Shown: positions 12,441 through 25,725 of the stretch, piece by piece | Layout of the letters: the number at the start of each line of letters is the position of its first letter | How positions within the stretch are numbered: position 1 is the stretch's first letter | NCBI RefSeq assembly: GCF_964204645.1 | Contig: NC_134027.1 | Location: forward strand, 16,338,485 to 16,402,484 | Reading direction: 5' to 3' | Origin: Tubulanus polymorphus | Taxonomy: Eukaryota > Animalia > Nemertea | DNA length: 64,000 nucleotides | Notes under the pieces: model-generated | What the model was told of the DNA's origin: nothing | Databases searched by the model: none | The model's input: only the letters and a program-made list of their open reading frames with translations | Translations under genes and position numbers: made by a program

Positions 12441-13601
12441 TTATCCATGGGCAAAGTGTGGTTTACCTTGAAAGCTAGAGGTTGTTTGGAGTAAGGGCAT
12501 TGCTTGAAAAATCTTTTTAATTCGTGACTTCAAAGTTCCAGAAGTTTATATTGTATTTCATCATTCTTAAAGAATTATTTTGTAGTCAAATAAGACCAAA
12601 GACAAACATTTGTTTATGGTCTACATCCAAAATTTTGTAGGGGACAAGTAGGTGCGGCAGGGGAACTATTTTATATTTTCCAAAAAATATTTTTCACAAT
12701 ATAAAAAAATATTCAAATATCATATGATGTCTCATATCAGAGGGTGGCTGATTATTGAGTCTTGGAAACGAAACCTCTTCCAAAGTATGGCCGTGGAAGC
12801 TAAAACACCGGTGTGTAGTATTAGATCGTTTTAAATCCGGGAATTTACCACTGAAATATTCAGACCTCGACCTATACCTAAAGTTTGCTGCTTAGTATTT
12901 TCAGGTCACAAGAAATTACAATTTATTACAAATTCTATCAAACAGGAAACACAGCGCTCATCTTCTACTACAACGATTATTCAGCCTGTTATCATACCAA
13001 ACGTGCACGCGCCAAGCAGCATTACAGCATCACCATATAGTAGTGTGTATGAGCGTGTGTGTGTGCAACAGTCTAATGTTTAGCACTCCCGCGCACGTGG
13101 AGACCTTGTGTAGTGAACGTTCGCTTCACTTCAATCTCAATCAACACAATCACCGGGTATTAAAAATGAAACAATACCTGGCGATATGTGAAATAATTAT
13201 ATTCTCACCAGCAATGAGCATTTAAATTCGCACATATACGGCACCTAGTCCAATGAAACGTTCGCCATTAATAGCTTTCCCATAATTATTTTATTAACAC
13301 CGAAATTCCCCGTATATCCCAAAAACAGCCAATCACATTTGCTCGTAGAGACGACGCCCCCCAATCGAAGTCATTGCAATTTTATACGCAAGAGCTAAGA
13401 ATTTTCCCGCCAAAAACAGTTTTTAGTCAAATATAAACAAAGTCTACCATTTCATTGACGGAGGTTTGTCATGTCTTCAATCGCATCGATTATACGTCGT
13501 TTAACCCGAGAACCAATGAAAAAATGCTCACATAAAAAAATGTACCGCGATTTTACATGAATTAGCTCAATGCCAACCTCATACTGCTGACAAAGGTAAA
13601 C
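12441..13601 (-). mobile_element. Helentron-like family A, copy 2 (no nested MITE)
   Basis: ccatgggcaaagtgtggtttacctt at one end and aaggtaaac at the other; colinear with 41329-42438. Confidence 0.7.
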
Positions 13602-13609
13602 TAAAATAC

Positions 13610-14600
13610 ATTGGAATCGTGTAAACACTGTGAAAGAATTATTTGTAAGCTTTACCTAGATTATTTGTCGTTATTGTGGTCAGAGGTCTTGCATTGCCGG
13701 GAGCTTCAATATTTAGGATTTGCTCTGCTCCATCGTCTAAAATTAGAAACAATGCTGCAAACCTCATGCAGCGCTAACAATTCTGACTCGAAAACAATGT
13801 ATTTATTCCGCTTGTGAAAGGGCTTATCATCATCTGAACTATAATATATATATGTTTATGAAAATCATAATTTAACGAGTGCAAACAAATAATGAAATCA
13901 AACTAATACTTACATCATTTCTTGAAAATTTAGATTTGAATCATCATCGAACCAACTTTCGTGTTCTACAAAATCGATATCATCCGGATCTTCGATTTCA
14001 CGATCGCTTCCTTCAGAATCAGAGAAATGATCGATATCAGTCATCATCAACATTTAATGTTTGTTTACCCTCTTTCTGAATGCACCCCGTGTAGTTGGCA
14101 TTGGAGTGCTGGTTGATGGCTCATTATTTGAAATACTGGTGTTATCTCCTGATTCATCTGGACCTGTGAGATGTATAATTGGTAAAGCAGAGGGTTTTAA
14201 CAGCAATCTGAAAAACTGTTGTTAAGTGGAATTTTCAATAGCCTACATCTATGACGGTTTGTTTTGCTTAGGAAATAGCAGATAATGTATGTGATAGTAG
14301 GCCGACTGCCCTGCGGGTAATAAATTGCATAGAATAGAATGAAAATAACAATAAAACAACAAACACTTACTTTTAGGCAAATCCAAAGCGATATTGAGTT
14401 AAGATTTGAAAAGCGTTTGTCGTCCAAGTGTCTATAACACAACAGCGGCAGTGTGGATACAGTCCGATCTAACTTGAAGTCTTTTCGTTTAGCGTGAACA
14501 AATTTTGTCCATTTGCGGGCTCTTATCTCATATTTGGGCCATTCAAAAAGTCTCCCATCATCGTGGGAGCAATATATTGCTACACAACGACGACGCATGG
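13610..14600 (-). mobile_element. THAP-domain DNA transposon 5' fragment (superfamily undetermined)
   Basis: MRRRCVAIYCSH...FEWPK...RKWTKFV...RKDF...LLCYRHL fits the THAP C2CH pattern; a donor (gtaagt) near 14370 is followed by low-complexity exon-like pieces. Confidence 0.65.
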
Positions 14601-15319
14601 TAAAAAACACGGGAAAAATACAGCAGATTGCGATAGAAAGCGTGTGTCACTTAGTAGAAATTTACTTCCAGGTTTGTGTGTATCACGGTGTGACGTCATC
14701 TCCCACGATCAACGTTGCCAGGGCCGTTGCTAAGGGGATATTTCGGGTTTGGATGGGTGGAATTAAAAAATTCCAATTGAAATGTTTTTAGCGATCGAAG
14801 CGGTTCACAAAAATATAGTATTAGGATAATTCATCAACAGGTCATTTTTTCTTTTTAGAACTTTTACTTTGTCTTCCGAATTTCTAAACTGTATTTTAAC
14901 AACGCCTTCGCCTACGTCTCGAGCTCATATTTGTAAACTGCGCTTAGAATTCACTGGAGCGGAAAGAAACGAAACGACATAAGCTTTACAGTACTCGGCT
15001 GTATAGAGAAATATGGCGTAGATGTGGCCCGAATTTTCCACATATACATGCCTGAGTACAACACACAAATACTGTCAAATGGACACTCAAATCACACAAA
15101 AACATCAATCATCACGCGAAAACGGGATAAAGTTGATCTAACTTCACAGGTTTTGCACTTACAGTTTAAACAACAAAGAGAGAAATTTACGTTTGGCACT
15201 GGTTGGTCGCCATATTGGATCTGATTAATGTAGCAGTCAATCAACTCTTAATTTCCTTTTCTATTATCCAGGAATGGACAGCTTATCACCAAGGTTCGAT
15301 AAAATTGTGTTTTCATAAG

Positions 15320-15840
15320 TAGCACAGACAGCAGTAAACAAATACCTGAGATAAATTTTTCCATTTGTCTTTTTGACTTGAATGCGGAATAGAATTGAAT
15401 TTTCTGAAATTTGCTCAATAATACAAAATTGACATGGAATACGATTTGATGTTTTATTTGTTCAATAAGATAAAATTGAACTGGATTTGATAGTTTTTTT
15501 TGCAGAATAAAATTTGATTGAATTTGCAGTGTGAGCACATGGCTAATTAGCATATCAAGGTCATCCATCGGATTTGAGAAAAAGCTATTGTCCCCGGACT
15601 TCGCTGTTTGTGAATATTTTCTGTAGTGCAAATAAAAATATTCCTCCCGAAAACCAAATCAACTAAAGATTTCACAGAAATCAATCTAGAAATACAATTT
15701 TAAATCTTAAAATAAAACCAGGAGTCAAACAGTGGATGATTCCGCAGGTTCACGCGAACACCTGCTGATCTCTGCGGCCAAGCCAATCATAGAGGAGTCT
15801 GCTTTTATAAACAGATATCTTTGCGTTCAGATTTTCACGA
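15320..15840. repeat. Interspersed repeat family C (other copies ~21420-21780 and ~40280-40685)
   Basis: Shared blocks gaataaaatttgattgaatt...ggctaattagcatatcaaggtcatc...gccaatcatagaggagtctgct. Confidence 0.8.
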
Positions 15841-17765
15841 AAAAGGACGGCTAAAAATATCTCATTTCAATTTTACAATTGTATTAGCTATAATCTGTTT
15901 GTAAACAGCCATTAAAGAGCAAATACTATCAAAATGGAATATTGTGTAAAATTCATTTTAAAACGTGATGTATTCACAAATATCAAATATGAAACTGGTT
16001 TGAATTTCAGCCATTACTGAGAAATACAACTTTTAAATCGGCAATTGCAGCACATGCTCGCTGTTATTCTTCATGTAAGCAGGTGCATGTTTCTGATGTT
16101 ATCTCTGACAAATGCTTGCGGCTTCCAGTCATTTATGATTTCATACCGTAATTTATTGTTTTGGGAGTGATCTGAATTAATAAACTCTTACCATTGTAGA
16201 GTGTTGCTACTGATGGACAGTAGCAACAGTGCTATGACATGATAATCATATATAAGTGAGAAGCGCTGTAGGTCTGTGAATACGGTGCACAAATGATGTT
16301 CATCTTATCGATTACATAGGCTATGCATACTACCGCACACACCCACACATGCTTGTGTTGTCATTGATAACATCACAAATAGCGCCACTGCGGGTTCTAT
16401 GTGAACTATATGTACTAAGTGATGGATAAATAAATTACTAATTTACAGAAAATTTGAGATACATTTTTCGGTCAGACAGATCTCAGGTCGTTTTATATAT
16501 ACTAAAGTTTATTCTGATAAAGTAATCACGAAAAGCACAATTTTGATGGCATTTGCCCTTTAGGCTTCAGTTTTTGTCTGCAATTCACTGCAAATGGTTG
16601 TATAATAACTATGCCAATTTATATGTTTTACAAAGCTGTACACTCAATCTGGACAGTTCCTCACTAGCTTCACTGCATCATTATCATCATTAACTTTGCC
16701 ATACCCTATATTGTGCCTTGAAACCCTAACAGCTGAAATAAATTCATTTTGACAACATCTAATTAACAAAGTAACAAAAATCACCATATACGAACCTTCT
16801 AGTTTTCATATTTAAGCGACTGTGAAAGTTTCAGAACTCTATGTGGCACTAATTGGACATAAACATTCGACATGGCAGATTTCACGATAACAAAAGGACG
16901 TGTAAAATATGCAGTGCATCAATCCAGAATTTGTAGACAGAATATCTGAAGCTAGATACCTTTCTTTAAAGGTCTAACCGTGGTATATCAGTCAGTAACA
17001 ACTAGTTATAATACTTTATTCAAAACTTTAAATAACAGTGCCCGGAGGGCAGCAACAGCTCAAGGTCAGTCACGTAGGCCAACAACAAAATGAAACAGAC
17101 CATCGTTTTCACGGTTATGAACGTCTACCATACCACACTTACTTATAATGTACTTCATACAGATAAAAAAATAATAATTCCGCCCTAACTCTACGACACA
17201 ACAATCAACGCGCAGCTTAAACATGGCATCGTCATTCAATACGCTATTCATGATGTAGGCCTATCTCTACACACTACATGAAAATCACACGTATGTGTTG
17301 ACTTGAGAGAAACGATCAAAATCTAACAATTCGATTACGCCTTTTTTAATAGTTTGGTTACGGGGTAGACCTATTAAAATATCATTTCAGAGGAAAAAAA
17401 AAATATTTAAAAAATTCCCTCAGTGAGATAAAATCACTTTGTGAGAGGGAACTGTCGATAGGGCAATGTACAAATGTCCAAACAAATGATTCTTGAAATG
17501 TTTGAATTCTGTACACAGTGATCAAAAAAGAACCTCTAGTTATTCAATTTTTCATCATTCAAGCCAGGATTTTAATTTGACTGATGTGAAAACTTTTTTT
17601 TGCTCGTTTTTTTCACTGAATTTGTTCCACAGATGGGAATAAAAATTTATTTATTTGACTTTTCTTCAAATTTCGGGAGGCGGTTCTCGTAAACCAAGCT
17701 ATTAAAAAAAGGCCCTCGGAACCTACAAAGTCTGTATCCAGATCTAGTTGAATCAGTTATATTAC

Positions 17766-18167
17766 CTGTTTGAACTGTTCGATGGTTTTATCTCTCTGTT
17801 GAAGCATTGCTTCTAATTTATTCATTTGTTGTTCATCCTGTGATGTTTTTACTTTTAACTTTTCCATTTGAATTCTATCATCATCAATCAGATTTGATGC
17901 AATTCCTTTACTCTGTAACATTTCCAATAACTTCTTAATGCTTTCATCTCGAGCAGTTAATGTCTGCTTTTGTGTTTCAATGCGTAATTCAAATTCCTCA
18001 ATTGTTTTATGCAAAATCAAAATTTCCTTCATTTGCTGTTCTTTTGTACGTTTTAAACTATCTACGTCTGATACGCCTATACCACCATTGGATGAGGTTC
18101 CCCAAACTCCACCGCTACCTCCAGCTCTTAGTTGTTCTTCTAGCTTCTGAATGATCAATGTATGATG
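17766..18167 (-). CDS. ERC1: ERC/ELKS coding exon 2 (134 codons)
   Basis: tttcag|CAT CAT ACA TTG... gives HHTLIIQKLEEQLR...KEILILHKTIEEFELRIETQKQTLTARDESIKKLLEMLQSKG, matching the ERC motif RIETQKQTL.ARDESIKKLLEMLQSKG. Donor CAG|gtaat. 402 nt, phase 0/0, joins exon 1 in frame across a ~27.1-kb intron. Confidence 0.93.
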
Positions 18168-19059
18168 CTGAAATCAAACAAGAAAAAAATACTCGATTGT
18201 GAACTTGCATTATCCAGAATTACTTTCATAATTTGATTAACTGCAATCAATCAAAGGCATTATCATATTCAGTAACTAAAACCTGGCGTTTGCCTTGTAA
18301 ACACGTGTTTATCCCCCAGATATACAAAAAATACCCTCCCAAACCCAGGCCCAACATTGCTATGCAGTTGTTTGAATAAACTGTGGTAAGGTAATAAGCG
18401 GTTAATGTTTTACATCTACTGGGAAATGTTCTATGACGATGTTGATTGGGAGTACACAGAGACTTAAGGTCTTAACGAACGATTTTCATTTATGCTGAAA
18501 ATAAATTTCATTTTTCTGCCAAACGATTTAGCCAAAGTATTTGTATAGTTAAACCTCATTAATGCGATTCTGTTGAAGACGAAAGTAGTTTATTCTGATG
18601 TTTTTCTTCATGTCACAGCCAAGATATTTGTAGCAATCAAGATATGGATACAAAAACAATTTCAATAGAACAATTTTGGCACCTTTGCCTACACGATTCG
18701 TATCAACAATGTACCGCAAGGGTATGATTGTTTGTTTGTCTTTTTGTTTGTTTGGCTTTACGTCATTTGGATCTTGGTTTTCCAAGACTAACCCTACTGG
18801 ATTATTCATTTAACCTCACAACGGGACGGCCTTTGAAGTGTTGCCCGCACACTGTGTAAGCCGCCAGTAGGATTCGAACCCACTCGAACCGAACTTTTTC
18901 AATTCCAAAAAGCTACAGGATGGCAAATAACCATCAAGATATTGCAATTTACAAAGAAAGTGTAAATTTGGTGGGTAGGTGGGCAGACATCCTTAAAATG
19001 AAACTTTATCTTAGAATATAGCCGAACCGATGGAACTCATATCAGGCTTCGATAAAAAT

Positions 19060-20420
19060 TTGATAACCACAGGGACCGTATTCAAAAACATAATGGTACA
19101 TGTTTACTCATAATATTACATCCCCCTCTATAAGATTTGGACGCTGACTAACAACTATCTCTAAATCTAATATCTAACAATAATTAATCTAATAATTCTA
19201 ATCGTGGCTATGAGTGCTAGTAAATGAAAGTTTATCTCCAGCTAATAGTTTGTATTTCGCAATAACTATACACCATTCATAAGTCCATACACGTAGGTGG
19301 CTTCACAGTACGTCCAGAGCGAGTGTGATACGATGTTGTTTCATCACTGCGTTGTATTGTAGATGGCGCATTGGTGTTGGCGATAAACTGGTCGTTCTGC
19401 TGTTGTGGCTGACAGATAGATGGTTGGTTGTCTGTGGTAGGCTGGACTCCAGAAGATGCTGTGTGCGTGTACATATGCATGGTTTCGCTGTCTGTGGCGG
19501 TGGTACATCTTCGGGCGTATGTGGACTCTTTGTTTCTTTGTAATACGATTTTGTACGATCGTTCAGCGTGTTTTTATTTCACAACGGCTGGCTCCCACCT
19601 TCCTGTGGTGCAATTGCGGACCTATATCGGTTGTTTTTCTGCCACTGGCCGTAGTGGCACTGCATGATTTGCAGGTTTGATCTTGCATGGCGGCCATATA
19701 ACAATTCAGGTGGTGATCAATTGGGGTAGACCTAAGAACGAGTAGGGCCATGGCAATGTCACAGTTGGTCTGTCTACCTTCTTTATTGTCATCTTTACGG
19801 TCTGAATTTGCCTCTCGATAAACCCATTGCTGAGCGGATATATCGGGTCTGATGTCACGTGTTTAAACTCGTATTGTCGTGCGAAATTGCGATAGTCTGC
19901 CGCAGCAAATTGCGGACCATTGTCGCTAACAAGCTTCCATGGGACGCCTTGTTCAGAAAAAATACTCTTTGTAAGGGACATGATAATAGAGCTCCTTGTC
20001 TGCTGTCCTATCGGGTTGTGCCGGATAAACGGGAATTTGAGTAGTAGTCAGCTATAATTAAGTAGTTATCCCCATCAATCTGAAACAGGTCAGTCTCGAC
20101 AACCTACAATGGTCTATTTGGGATTTCATGCTGTATGAGGGGCTCCTTCTGTTGCCGTTTTTGATGTTCTTGGAATAACCTGCAGGCAGAAGCTGTTTTT
20201 TCGATTTGCTTATTTATGTTTCTCCAAAAAACAGAATTTTTCGCCCGCATCTTGCATTTTTCCACTCAAAATTCTTCACCCTACTTTCCTTCGGTCTTAG
20301 CCATAAATTTCACCACACGGGACACCCCCAGTAGAATATTAAAGATCACACTTACGCCCTAACATCCGAAGGGCTTCTGATGTGGCATGGCATTACATTC
20401 TTCATCTTCTGACACCATGT
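19060..20420 (-). mobile_element. Gypsy/Ty3 LTR retrotransposon remnant (integrase and 3' end; gag-RT-RNaseH deleted)
   Basis: Integrase motifs TDLFQIDGDNYLIIADYYS, GVPWKLVSDNGPQF, SNGFIERQIQTVK and TRSGRTVKPP; PPT agaggggga|TGTAAT at ~19120-19129; PBS TGGTGTCAGAAG at ~20406-20417 following ..TTACA. Confidence 0.88.
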
Positions 20421-21949
20421 AACGATTTCATGCCCAGAAATCAAAAATTGGACGATTATCATAAATAGCATCAGAGCTCTTTTTTCAACACGATTGTATA
20501 CAAATGGCTGCAAACCTGGATAAGGCTCAAAACCCGTATCAGGCTACGATAACAAACTCTCAGTCAACTAATTGGTGATACAAAATGGATGTTCTCAGCG
20601 TAGTTAAGAATGATATTTTCCTCTAATAAAACAATCTATCTTTATTGGTGATATCAGAACCTAACTTGAAAGACATAACTAGGGACAATCTCGCCCCTAG
20701 GTCCTTATGAAACAATATCTGATTTCAGAAGATGTTTCCATGGGTCGAGTGGTTTCTCACCAGATCCGTTTTTGGTTAATTCTTTGGTAGCCTTCTCTGA
20801 AGCGTTTCTTGATAGCATTTCTTGATGAGATTAGCCAGGTTCCTTTTGGAAATCTCTATTCACTCTATCCACTTTTACCTGCTTCCATTTGAAGGATATT
20901 TCTGATCAACTGGGTTCTATTTTAGCACTCGATCGGGTTCAGATCTTTTCCAATAGTCTTGTGTGCACCAGTGCATCCTTCTCTACCTGGTCATGATAAG
21001 GAAGTGTGGGGTGTTTGTCGGGTAGCCTTACTCCTGATCTTCTCATTTTTTGTTGTTTATTATTGATAATGATAATGATTTATTTTCTCCACAAAAATTT
21101 TATAATAAACAAAATATATAAGTTGGTTGATTTACAATATGGAAAGGGACAACAAGCAAGCTTTAAAAGCTGTACACAGCAACAAGTGCTGAGGCGAGGT
21201 GCCCAGTGCAATGAAGGTGCAAATATGCATAAGGTGAAAATGATAATGTGTTAATGATAAAATAACAAGAGCCCCAAGGGGTACTATGGCCAGCCTGTCA
21301 GCTTTTCATAAAATGGCAAATGATGATGCATTTTGTGGGTTAAATTTGTCAAAATACACTCCCAGCTCAGAGTCAGTACCTAATAATTTACACAATACAA
21401 TCGTAGAATACAAAAGGAGCACAGACAGCGACTGGAGCTGGCAGGAACAAATACCTCAGATAAATCTTTTCCCTTGGTTTTATTGATTTAAATGTGGAAT
21501 AGAATTGAATTTTTTTAAATTTGCTCAATAAAACAAAATTGAATTGGATTTGATGTTTTTATTTGTTCAATGAAGTAAAATTGAATTGGATTTGATATTT
21601 TTTTGCGGAATAAAATTTGATTGAATTTGTAGTTTGAGCATATGGCCAATTAGCATATCAAGGTCATCTATCCGATTTAATAAAAAGCAATTTTTCTCGG
21701 ATTTTGCACAATGGTCAATCATATTTTCGTAGTGCTTATAAAAATATTCCTCCCAAAAACCAATAACTAATTTCACCAATCAACGAAAAGTAGGCGGAAA
21801 CCACATATATTGATTTTTATTGCATTTAATACATGTATTACACCTATTATATGGTGAAAACAGAGTTGAATCGAGTCTCGTAGTTGGCAGTGGGGGTAAA
21901 CGTTTTATACCAGTTGCCACTACGAGACTCGTTCCCCCTCCCCTAAACC

Positions 21950-22532
21950 CAGATGTTCGAGCAGCATTTCACTATCTTGCATGTGTTCCCCCATCAGATA
22001 GAAAGCAATACCCCACAAAGCCATGTCTCATTTGCAGAAGAGATGGTAACCGCAAAGAAACACGTTACGTTTGTGATGTCTGTCCTGGAAAACCAGCATT
22101 ATGTGTAACCCCTGGTTTCAGGAGATACCATGTACAAAACTAAAGAAATGCCATGACAACAATGCTATAATTTCTATCGTACTATGTTTATTATCGATTC
22201 ACAGTGAGGTGAATCATTTCTTTCCAATTAGGAAAGGTATTTGATAAGCGTTTGATGCCTTATAAACTTTGATGTGAAAATAATCACGTAATATAATTTG
22301 ATTTTATAGATGTTCATAAATAAATAAAGAATTGATAAAAAAAGTTAGTTATTGATTTTTTAAAAATTACTTGTTTATCTGAGTGGCCAGACTTCGATTT
22401 ATGTTGTTATCCACATTGCCAAACAGAAAAAAAATGAATTCATTCACTCCGGGCTTACTACGAGATATCTCGTAGTGGCAAGGAGCGGTACACCTGCTAC
22501 TACGAGATATCTCGTAGATGGCAGTCAACCTG
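21950..22532 (+). mobile_element. piggyBac 3' end (C-terminal Cys-rich domain and right terminus)
   Basis: KPCLICRRDGNRKETRYVCDVCPGKPALCVTPGFRRYH resembles the piggyBac CRD; subterminal repeats ctactacgagatatctcgtag; terminus followed by TTAA at 22533-22536. Confidence 0.8.
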
Positions 22533-22544
22533 TTAAAAATATAA

Positions 22545-23290
22545 TATAGAAATACAGTTATTGTATTATTCAACGCCCCCTGGTGGCCACATACTAAAAC
22601 CAAAGACCTTGAAACTCACCAAAATCATAGAACGCGTTATGGGCTACAACTTTCCAATTGAATATTGTAACACAATATGCTTAGGTATGAATTTAATGTG
22701 GAAAAACTTTTTCCCACCTACGCATCATTACTGATGACACCAAGATGGACGCCAATTGTGTCATAATTGGCTGATCAAAAATACCTGTCTCAGGTATAAA
22801 ACATCCCTTTCCACAGAATACCCATCACAAATTGCAATGAGAAATGGCAAACCAGTAGGAAGCTACAGGACCTAGAATTCTGGCCAAAATTGACATTTTT
22901 GGGCACTTAAAAGGTCATAGGACGGCCAGCTTGAGTCAGATCAACCCAATTTTTCTTATGCTGATGGCCCTTGGTAGATTCAAATATAAACCAAAGATCA
23001 AGGTAATTGATCAAAGCGTCTTCAAAACTTCCCTCAAAAACTTTGAAAATGTCTAAAAAGTGCTGATTTTTGCTGATTCTGCCAGTCGGCCATCTTTAAT
23101 CTGACAGGGCCAGTTTTTGGGCTGAAGATGTGTCTAGGGTAGATACATGTATAAACCAAATATCAAGACATAACCTTGAAGCGTCTTCAAAACTTCCCAA
23201 AATAACTGGATTTCGTCTACGGACGGACCGACGACGGACGAAAAGTGAACGCAATAGCCCGCTGGGACTAAAGTCCCAAGTGGGCTAAAA
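22545..23290. mobile_element. Helentron-like family B, truncated copy
   Basis: One satellite unit, conserved core, (GGAC)n tract and terminal hairpin tagcccgctgggact-aa-agtcccaagtgggcta. Confidence 0.75.
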
Positions 23291-24000
23291 ATGAAGCAGT
23301 ACATTGAATATGTGCGAGATTTTACGTTACCAGCTTTAATATAGTCACCATAAGAATGAATGGCAGCTCATTGGAACACTGCCAGTTTCCTGGAAAAACT
23401 TAAATTAGGCCACATGTCAAGGCATGTTTTCACATGATGCACACTTGAACTCAAACATACATAGCTCATACGTCGGCAGTGTGTCTGTCGGTCGGTCGGC
23501 CGTTTTTTTCAAAAATAAAATTTATTTCAATGAATCCCAGAAAAAAGTTTTCACTCGGTAGCTTTGAAGTCGGGTCGGTCGGGTCACGGCAAAAAGACCA
23601 TTAATATGGGATGGCCTAAAATTCATATGATGTCGCATATCAGAGGGTGGCTGAATATCGGATCTTGGAAACCTCTTCCAATGTTGGCCATGGAAGTTAA
23701 AATACCGGTACAGAAGAAATCGGCTATTAGATCGTTTTAAATCCTGGAATGTACAACTACAATATTCAGACCTCGACCTATACTTGTAGTTTGCTGCTTA
23801 ATATTTTCAGGTCACAAGAAATTACAATTTACGCAATTTACAATTTTTTTTACGCGTTACAGCATCACCTTTAGTAGTGTACTGTACGAGCTTGTGTGTG
23901 TCGTGTAGCACTCCGCACGCACGTGGAGGCTTCTTGTAAGTGAATGTTCGCTTACACTTCAATGTCAATCAAAACAATCACCGGGTATTAAAATGAAACA
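23291..24000 (-). mobile_element. Family A copy 3 (MITE-bearing variant), truncated
   Basis: Near-identical to ~225-980. Confidence 0.75.
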
Positions 24001-25150
24001 TATTGGCTCATATAAAGTATATTATGGGCTGCGAAAAATTTGTAAAGTCTATTGTGGATTATTTTTTCCATAATTTTTGATATTGTTGGTAATAAAGATA
24101 TTGGCTGATAGATGGTTAGTTAAGGGTTATAATTGTTAAGGGTTGGCTTATTTCAAGTGCTATTTTTTTACTACATTATTCTTGATTTCATCATGGCCTG
24201 TGCTAAATGTATTTGAAAGAGAATGAATATGTTTAAGAATTTCGTCTGGACCCGTGGGCATTAAGAGGATTGAACTAGGATTAGGCGTATCTAAGTAAGA
24301 TTCGAACGGTTTATTGGTGGGTGGTATTCTATCGGCATATTGCTTTCCAATAGAACTAAAAAATTCATTAAAGGCATTTGAAATTAGGAAAGGATCACTG
24401 GTGGTAGAACCATTATGTCAAACAGTGTAGTATTTTAGACGATAGTAATAGTCAGTAATTAGTTTAGAAATAGTTGGCAAGAGGCCTTGCTTTACATTTA
24501 TTTTAAAGAATGTGTTTGTGTTATTATGTCTATTAATATTTAGGTAGTCTAAATTTGGGTCCATGCCAATAACTATAGATTTGTTTTCTTTAGTAATTTG
24601 ATAAAACAATTTTGAAGAGTCATCTTAACAAAAATTTCCCACTTGTGCCTGGCACCCGATAAATTTCACCTATAATCATATTCTTTGATTTATGGGAATT
24701 GATTTCCATAAATCAACTTTCGACGTAACCCTCATTAAAAATACTACGATCATTGTGTAGTATAAATGATATACTTTGTTTTATATATATACAAACCCCA
24801 CCGCATGTTTTTGATTGTCGATGTTTTTCAACCATATCATATCCAGGTATGTTACATAAAGACACATTATTATCTGTTAAGAATGTTTCGCATTAAGGCA
24901 TATCAATTTCAAAGTTTTGACTTTTACATCTTTGTAGTAATCTTTTTAAATCATTTAATTTACTGCTAACACTATGTATATTATATTTAATAATTTTCAA
25001 TTTAGAGCTGCCAGTAAAAGTTGGATTAATTTGATCAATGTTAATATGGACAATCAGAGTCTATTAATTGAAAATCGTTATTTATTAAGTTATCTAAATC
25101 ATATTTTTCTGCTGTTTCTAATTGTTTAATATGCGCATTAATCAGATCAT
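24001..25150 (-). mobile_element. LINE fragment (APE endonuclease to start of RT; L2/CR1-like)
   Basis: Minus-strand HININ, GVCIYIK, IVIGMDPNLDYL, LLPTISK and ISLLPTISKIMEKIIHNRLYKF..HNILYMSQY. Confidence 0.8.
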
Positions 25151-25359
25151 TAGTTGACATTAGTTTAAAAGAAACCCGAATTTAAGTTACTCGCTTCACA
25201 AAACAAAATTCTATCTAATAATTCTTATAATCAGTACTGTATATTTGTCCAATGTGATAAATCTCTAGCACAATAAACAAGTAAGGGGCAAGTTACTGGA
25301 AGGTTTTCTAGTGAATGTTGAAATTAGCATGAAAAAGAAAAAAAGGAAAAAAAATAATA

Positions 25360-25725
25360 AATATAGCTGCTAAGCAGCGATAACGGGTTTTCTGCACAGT
25401 CTTAGAATCCTGTTCAACGGTGGATTTCGACAACGCATTTGATAAAGCACAACATCAGCCATTACTAAATAGGCTATTAGGAAACAGTATCAATGATAGG
25501 TCGCCCCAATGGCTCCGCAGTTATCTCTGAATGAAAACTCGTAGGCGAAAACTTGGAATAAGTCGGTCTAACTAGAGGAGTCACGCAAGGTAGTATCCTA
25601 AGTCGTCTTCTGTTAAATGTCCTGAAAAATGACGTACACAGTAATCCAAAATATACCAGACCGTGTAAATTTCCAAAACGACCTTAACACGCTGTTCGAC
25701 CAAAAAACTTAATGTTCCGACAAGA
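25360..25725. repeat. Interspersed repeat family D head (second copy 35057-35435), each followed by tandem arrays
   Basis: aatatagctgc.aagcagcgataacgggttttctgcacagtcttagaatcc... nearly identical at both loci. Confidence 0.85.

Noticed and set aside
20590-21050. Coding-like minus-strand stretch, possibly a retroelement ORF start
   Set aside because: Multiple stops and no recognisable motif; cannot be assigned.
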